A stretch of 64,000 nucleotides of DNA, taken from assembly GCA_004356985.1 (NCBI GenBank), contig SMXQ01000107.1, positions 13,501 to 77,500 of the forward strand. The letters run 5' to 3'. This DNA comes from Alphaproteobacteria bacterium. Lineage in GTDB: Bacteria > Pseudomonadota > Alphaproteobacteria > SMXQ01. A program made the translations under genes and the position numbers. Under the pieces are notes generated by a model that worked only from the letters and a program-made list of their open reading frames with translations, had not been told where the DNA came from and did not search any database. This document shows positions 60,192-64,000 of this stretch, piece after piece; position 1 is the first letter of the stretch, and every line of letters begins with the position of its first letter.

Positions 60192-60356
60192 GACCAAGGC
60201 CCCACGGGGGACCGCGGCGCCGGTCGCCAGGGACCCCTTGGCGGGTTCTTGCTCTCCACGCATAAATCAAGACACGCGCAAGCGCCCCTCGACTCCCGCG
60301 CCCAAAGCGGCTAGACTGAATAGAACAAAACACAAACATCTAGCGGCGGGGGGCGC

Positions 60357-61877
60357 ATGGTCGCGCGGGTCAACACGGTTGCCTTCCAGGGGGTCGACGT
60401 CATCGATATCGACGTCCAGGTGCAGATCAGCGCCGGCCTGCCGGCCTTTTCCGTGGTCGGCCTGGCTGACAAGGCGGTGGCCGAATCCCGCGAACGGGTG
60501 CGCGGCGCGCTGAATGCGCTGGGCCTGGCCCTGCCGCCCAAGCGCATCACCGTCAACCTGGCGCCCGCCGACCTGGCCAAGGAGGGCAGCCATTTCGACC
60601 TGCCCATCGCCCTCGGCCTGCTCACCGCCATGGAGGTGCTGCCCGCCGAGGAGATCATGAACTTCATCGCCATGGGCGAGTTGGCCCTGGACGGCCGCAT
60701 CACCGCCGTCGCCGGCGCCCTGCCCTCGGCGATCCATGCCGAGTCCCGCCAGATGGGCCTGATCTGCCCCGAGGCCGGAGGCGGCGAGGCGGCCTGGGTC
60801 AAGGGGCTGGAGGTGCTGGCCCCGGGCGCGCTTCTCAGCCTGATCAACCATTTCAAGGGCAGTCAGATGCTGGCCATCCCCAAGCCGTTGATCGAGGCGG
60901 AGCGGCCGCAGCCGCCCGACCTGGCCGACATCAAGGGCCAGGAAAGCGCCAAGCGGGCCCTGGAGGTGGCGGCGGCGGGCGGCCACAATTTGTTGATGAC
61001 GGGGCCGCCGGGGGCCGGAAAGTCGATGCTGGCCGCCCGCCTGCCGGGCATCCTGCCGCCGCTCTCCCCGGCCGAGGCGCTGGAGGTCTCGATGATCCAC
61101 TCCCTCGCCGGCACCCTGGCCGAGGGCCGCATCCTGCGCCACCGCCCGTTCCGCGACCCCCACCATTCGGCGTCGCTTCCCGCGCTCATCGGCGGCGGCG
61201 CGCGGGCTAAGCCGGGCGAGGTGTCGCTCGCCCATCTCGGAATCCTGTTCCTCGACGAATTACCGGAATTCTCCCGCCCCGCCTTGGAAGCCCTGCGCCA
61301 GCCCATGGAGACCGGGCGCGCGGTGGTGGCCCGGGCCGCGGCCCACGTCACCTGGCCGGCGCGTTTCCAGATGGTCGCCGCCATGAATCCCTGCCGCTGC
61401 GGCTATCTCGGGGACCCGGGCCTGGCCTGCAGCCGGGCGCCGCGCTGCGGCGCCGATTACCAGGGCAAGATCTCGGGCCCGCTCTATGACCGCATCGACC
61501 TTCACGTGGAGGTGCCCGCGGTGGAGATCGCCGATCTCGGCCTGCCGCCGGCGGCCGAGCGCTCGACCGAGGTGGCGGCGCGGGTCGCGGCGGCGCGCGA
61601 AATCCAGGCCGGCCGCCTGGAGGCGGAGGCCCCCGGCCAGGGCCTGCGCACCAACGCCGAGGCCGACGGCGAGCTGCTCGAGCGCATCGCCGCGCCCGAT
61701 TCCGCCGGCCGGGCGCTGCTGATGGAGGCGGCGGAGAAGATGCGCATGACCGCGCGCGGCTATCACCGCGTGCTCCGGGTGGCGCGCACCCTGGCCGACC
61801 TGGAGGGGGTCGACGGCGTCAAGCGCATCCACATCGCCGAGGCCGTCGCCACCCGCCGCCCGGCCCTGGCGCGGTGA
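60357..61877 (+). CDS. comM: YifB/ComM-family Mg-chelatase-like AAA+ ATPase
   Basis: An N-terminal Lon-protease-like domain is followed by an AAA+ module with Walker A GPPGAGKSM and a C-terminal ChlI-like domain. Confidence 0.9.
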   Translation: MVARVNTVAFQGVDVIDIDVQVQISAGLPAFSVVGLADKAVAESRERVRGALNALGLALPPKRITVNLAPADLAKEGSHFDLPIALGLLTAMEVLPAEEIMNFIAMGELALDGRITAVAGALPSAIHAESRQMGLICPEAGGGEAAWVKGLEVLAPGALLSLINHFKGSQMLAIPKPLIEAERPQPPDLADIKGQESAKRALEVAAAGGHNLLMTGPPGAGKSMLAARLPGILPPLSPAEALEVSMIHSLAGTLAEGRILRHRPFRDPHHSASLPALIGGGARAKPGEVSLAHLGILFLDELPEFSRPALEALRQPMETGRAVVARAAAHVTWPARFQMVAAMNPCRCGYLGDPGLACSRAPRCGADYQGKISGPLYDRIDLHVEVPAVEIADLGLPPAAERSTEVAARVAAAREIQAGRLEAEAPGQGLRTNAEADGELLERIAAPDSAGRALLMEAAEKMRMTARGYHRVLRVARTLADLEGVDGVKRIHIAEAVATRRPALAR

Positions 61878-61967
61878 GGGCGCGGCGGTCGCAAAATCCG
61901 CGCCCATGGGCTATGGTCGGACCAAAGCCGCGATGCCACGACCTTGCATCCGCCGAGGGAGGGGACC

Positions 61968-62774
61968 ATGTCCGTCAAGATCAACCATCTCGCCATCATC
62001 AGCGACAACTACGCGCTGGAGGGGAAATTCTACCAGTCCGTGTTCGGCGCCAAGGTGTCGGCGGATTCGCCGCCCGACGGCGCGGTGTGTTTCTCCGACG
62101 GCTATGTCGGTTTCAACGTCAACCCGCGAAAATCGGGCCGCCCCGCGGGCTTCGACCATTTCGGCTTCGACGTGGAGGATTTGGACGACACCATCGAGAA
62201 GATCGCCGCGTTCGACCCCGAACTGCTGGTGGCGAAAAGGCCGGGCAACCGGCAATTTGCCGGCTATAGCGGCCACGATCCCGACGGCAACAATTTCGAC
62301 CTGTCGCAAACCGATCTCGAGAACCGCCGCGACGTCTATGCCGAGGGCGAATGGACCCAGGACCGCGTGGTCGATCACTTCGCCCTGCGCACCCTGCATC
62401 CCCAACGGGTGGCGGCGTTCTACACCGATGTCATGGGGCTCAGCCCGTCCAACCGGCCGGCCAATGATAAGAACCACTACCTGACCGACGGGCGGATCAC
62501 CATGGTCATCATGCCGTGGGCCATCACCGATTTCGCCGGCACCGGCATCACCCGCCCGGGTCTCGACCATATCGGCTTCAGGGTCGAAAGCATCGCCGCG
62601 GTCAGGCGCGATATCGACGATATCACCGCCCGCAACCCCCATCTCGCGCCGCGCTCATTCGGCATCGGCGCGGAAAGCAAGGCGCGGCTCGAGTTGGCCA
62701 AGGCGTGCTGCCCCATGGGCGCCTATCACCTGGCCGACCCCGACGGCGTGCTGATCGACCTCTGCGAGGCCTGA
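61968..62774 (+). CDS. VOC-family (glyoxalase/bleomycin-resistance/dioxygenase) protein, two-domain
   Basis: Starting at MSVKINHLAIIS, the protein has two betaalphabetabetabeta modules (HFGFDVEDLDD and LDHIGFRVESIA). Confidence 0.65.
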   Translation: MSVKINHLAIISDNYALEGKFYQSVFGAKVSADSPPDGAVCFSDGYVGFNVNPRKSGRPAGFDHFGFDVEDLDDTIEKIAAFDPELLVAKRPGNRQFAGYSGHDPDGNNFDLSQTDLENRRDVYAEGEWTQDRVVDHFALRTLHPQRVAAFYTDVMGLSPSNRPANDKNHYLTDGRITMVIMPWAITDFAGTGITRPGLDHIGFRVESIAAVRRDIDDITARNPHLAPRSFGIGAESKARLELAKACCPMGAYHLADPDGVLIDLCEA

Positions 62775-62889
62775 GTCGGGCTTATCGCCGCCCGCCGCCC
62801 GCAATCATCCGATCCCCCGCGCCGGGGCGCCGGGCCTGGGTACGGCGCAGTTCGCCGCCATGGTTTTTAAGACAACGGCGCGGAATCCC

Positions 62890-63249
62890 CTAGTCCGATA
62901 CCATCGCCCCGACCGGGGCGCCGCCGATGATGTGGACGTGGTAGTGGGGCACTTCCTGGCCGCCATGGTCGCCGGTGTTGACGATCAGCCGGTAGCCCGA
63001 CTCATCGATGCCGCGTTGGCGGGCGATGGCGGCGACGGCGCGGGTGAAGCCGGCGATCTCGGCATCGCTGGCATGGGCCGCGAAATCGTCATGGCAGACA
63101 TAGTTCCCCTTGGGGATCACCAGCACGTGGACCGGGCGGCGCGGGTTGATGTCGTTGAAGGCCAGCACGTGTGCGTCCTCATAGACCTTGTCGCAGGGAA
63201 TTTCGCCGCGCAAAATCTTGGCAAAGATATTTTCCCGGTCGTAGCTCAT
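62890..63249 (-). CDS. HIT-family (histidine triad) nucleotide hydrolase
   Basis: Only the C-terminal 119 aa of the supplied 303-aa ORF look real. They begin [36 protein letters not shown] and carry the HIT motif HYHVHIIGG. The start overlaps the hisE stop in an ATGA arrangement. Confidence 0.8.
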   Translation of the reverse strand: MSYDRENIFAKILRGEIPCDKVYEDAHVLAFNDINPRRPVHVLVIPKGNYVCHDDFAAHASDAEIAGFTRAVAAIARQRGIDESGYRLIVNTGDHGGQEVPHYHVHIIGGAPVGAMVSD

Positions 63250-63626
63250 GGGCCCCCTCCCTCGCCGCCGGGCGCGGGCGTAGGGTCCCGCGCCGCCTTC
63301 TCGGCGTGGCCCGAGACGCCTTCGCGCCGCGCCAGCTCGGCCCAGACGTCGCCGGGCCTGACCCCGGCATCGGCCCACAGCACCATCAGGTGATAGATCA
63401 GGTCGGCGCTTTCGCGGGTGATCGCCGGCCCATCGCCCTTGAGCCCCTCCACCGTCACCTCGGCCGCCTCCTCGCCGATCTTGCGGCAGATGGTCTCGGG
63501 CCCGCCCGCCAACAGGCTCGCGGTATAGGATTTCGACCCATCGGCCCCCTGGCGCGAGAGGATGGTGGCATAAAGCCGGGCCAGCACGTCCACGGTGGCG
63601 CCGGCGGCGTCTTGTTCTTGGCTCAT
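63246..63626 (-). CDS. hisE: phosphoribosyl-ATP pyrophosphatase
   Basis: From MSQEQDAAG (ATG at 63624-63626) the sequence [13 protein letters not shown]...KIGEEAAEV...[10 protein letters not shown] is a HisE MazG-like fold. Confidence 0.85.
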   Translation of the reverse strand: MSQEQDAAGATVDVLARLYATILSRQGADGSKSYTASLLAGGPETICRKIGEEAAEVTVEGLKGDGPAITRESADLIYHLMVLWADAGVRPGDVWAELARREGVSGHAEKAARDPTPAPGGEGGGP

Positions 63627-64000
63627 GGGTTTGCTCCTTCCGCCGCCCGGTCCCTGGCCGGCGCGGGGGCCGATCCGCCGGCCTGGGCCGGTGCCGGTTC
63701 CTGGCGCACGGGCACGCCCGCCGCCGCCATATGGGCCTTGGCCTCGGCCACCGAATAGATGCCGAAATGAAAGATCGATGCCGCCAGGACGGCCGAGGCA
63801 TGGCCGTCTCGCACGCCCTGGACCAGGTGATCTAGGGTGCCGACGCCGCCCGAGGCGATCACCGGCACCGTCACCGCGTCGGCCACCGCGCGGGTGAGGC
63901 CGATATCGAAGCCTTGCTTGGTGCCGTCCCGGTCCATGGAGGTGAGCAAAATCTCGCCGGCGCCGAGCGCCGCCATGCGCTTGCCCCATTCCACCGCGTC
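63623..64000 (-). CDS. hisF: imidazole glycerol phosphate synthase cyclase subunit HisF, C-terminal part (gene continues past the window end)
   Basis: [42 protein letters not shown] is the HisF C-terminal half. The stop overlaps the hisE start. Confidence 0.9.
   Translation of the reverse strand, partial: DAVEWGKRMAALGAGEILLTSMDRDGTKQGFDIGLTRAVADAVTVPVIASGGVGTLDHLVQGVRDGHASAVLAASIFHFGIYSVAEAKAHMAAAGVPVRQEPAPAQAGGSAPAPARDRAAEGANP

Noticed and set aside
62890-63801. 303-aa ORF on the minus strand overlapping hisE
   Set aside because: Only the C-terminal 119 aa (the HIT protein, from ATG 63249) are credible. The upstream portion overlaps hisE in another frame and is low complexity.

Overview
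The window is 64 kb of a high-GC chromosome (roughly two-thirds G+C by eye). Gene content and synteny look alphaproteobacterial, probably Rhodospirillales-like, but that is a guess from gene order alone. About 60 genes are densely packed and almost all are conserved housekeeping functions in well-known operon arrangements: (rimP)-trmB-metK, miaB-phoH-ybeY-corC-lnt, olsB-olsA with a fur-family regulator and mucR, tsaB-rimI, glnD-murJ-trpS, mutS, maeB, a DUF47-pitA pair, ald, ampG-adoK, bactofilin, nth, dapB, dnaK-dnaJ, hrcA-grpE, rph-rdgB-hemW, lpoA/rsmI-yraN-dolP, gshB, comM and hit-hisE-hisF. Nine neighbouring gene pairs overlap by the 4-bp ATGA arrangement. I found no tRNA or rRNA genes, no CRISPR array, and no phage, integrase or defence genes.

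I could not identify a clear multi-gene novel system. The features that look most worth a second look are:
- a dispersed palindromic repeat family with a conserved loop (core AATTTGAAyCATTTGACCGG), with six or seven copies in the window, several butted against stop codons or lying just upstream of genes;
- a composite ~300-bp MITE-like element with nested perfect inverted repeats between the SDR pair and mutS (29714-30017), built from copies of that repeat;
- a small accessory-looking catabolic cluster at 25198-29695, with a tandem direct-repeat operator candidate in its divergent promoter region;
- a GlnD carrying a lysine/alanine-rich histone-H1-like C-terminal tail encoded by repeat DNA;
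- a bactofilin gene followed by a lipoprotein with GVEGP tandem repeats;
- an AT-rich island around the mucR and TusA-like genes.

All calls rest on reading the supplied translations and the DNA by eye. No database searches were run.
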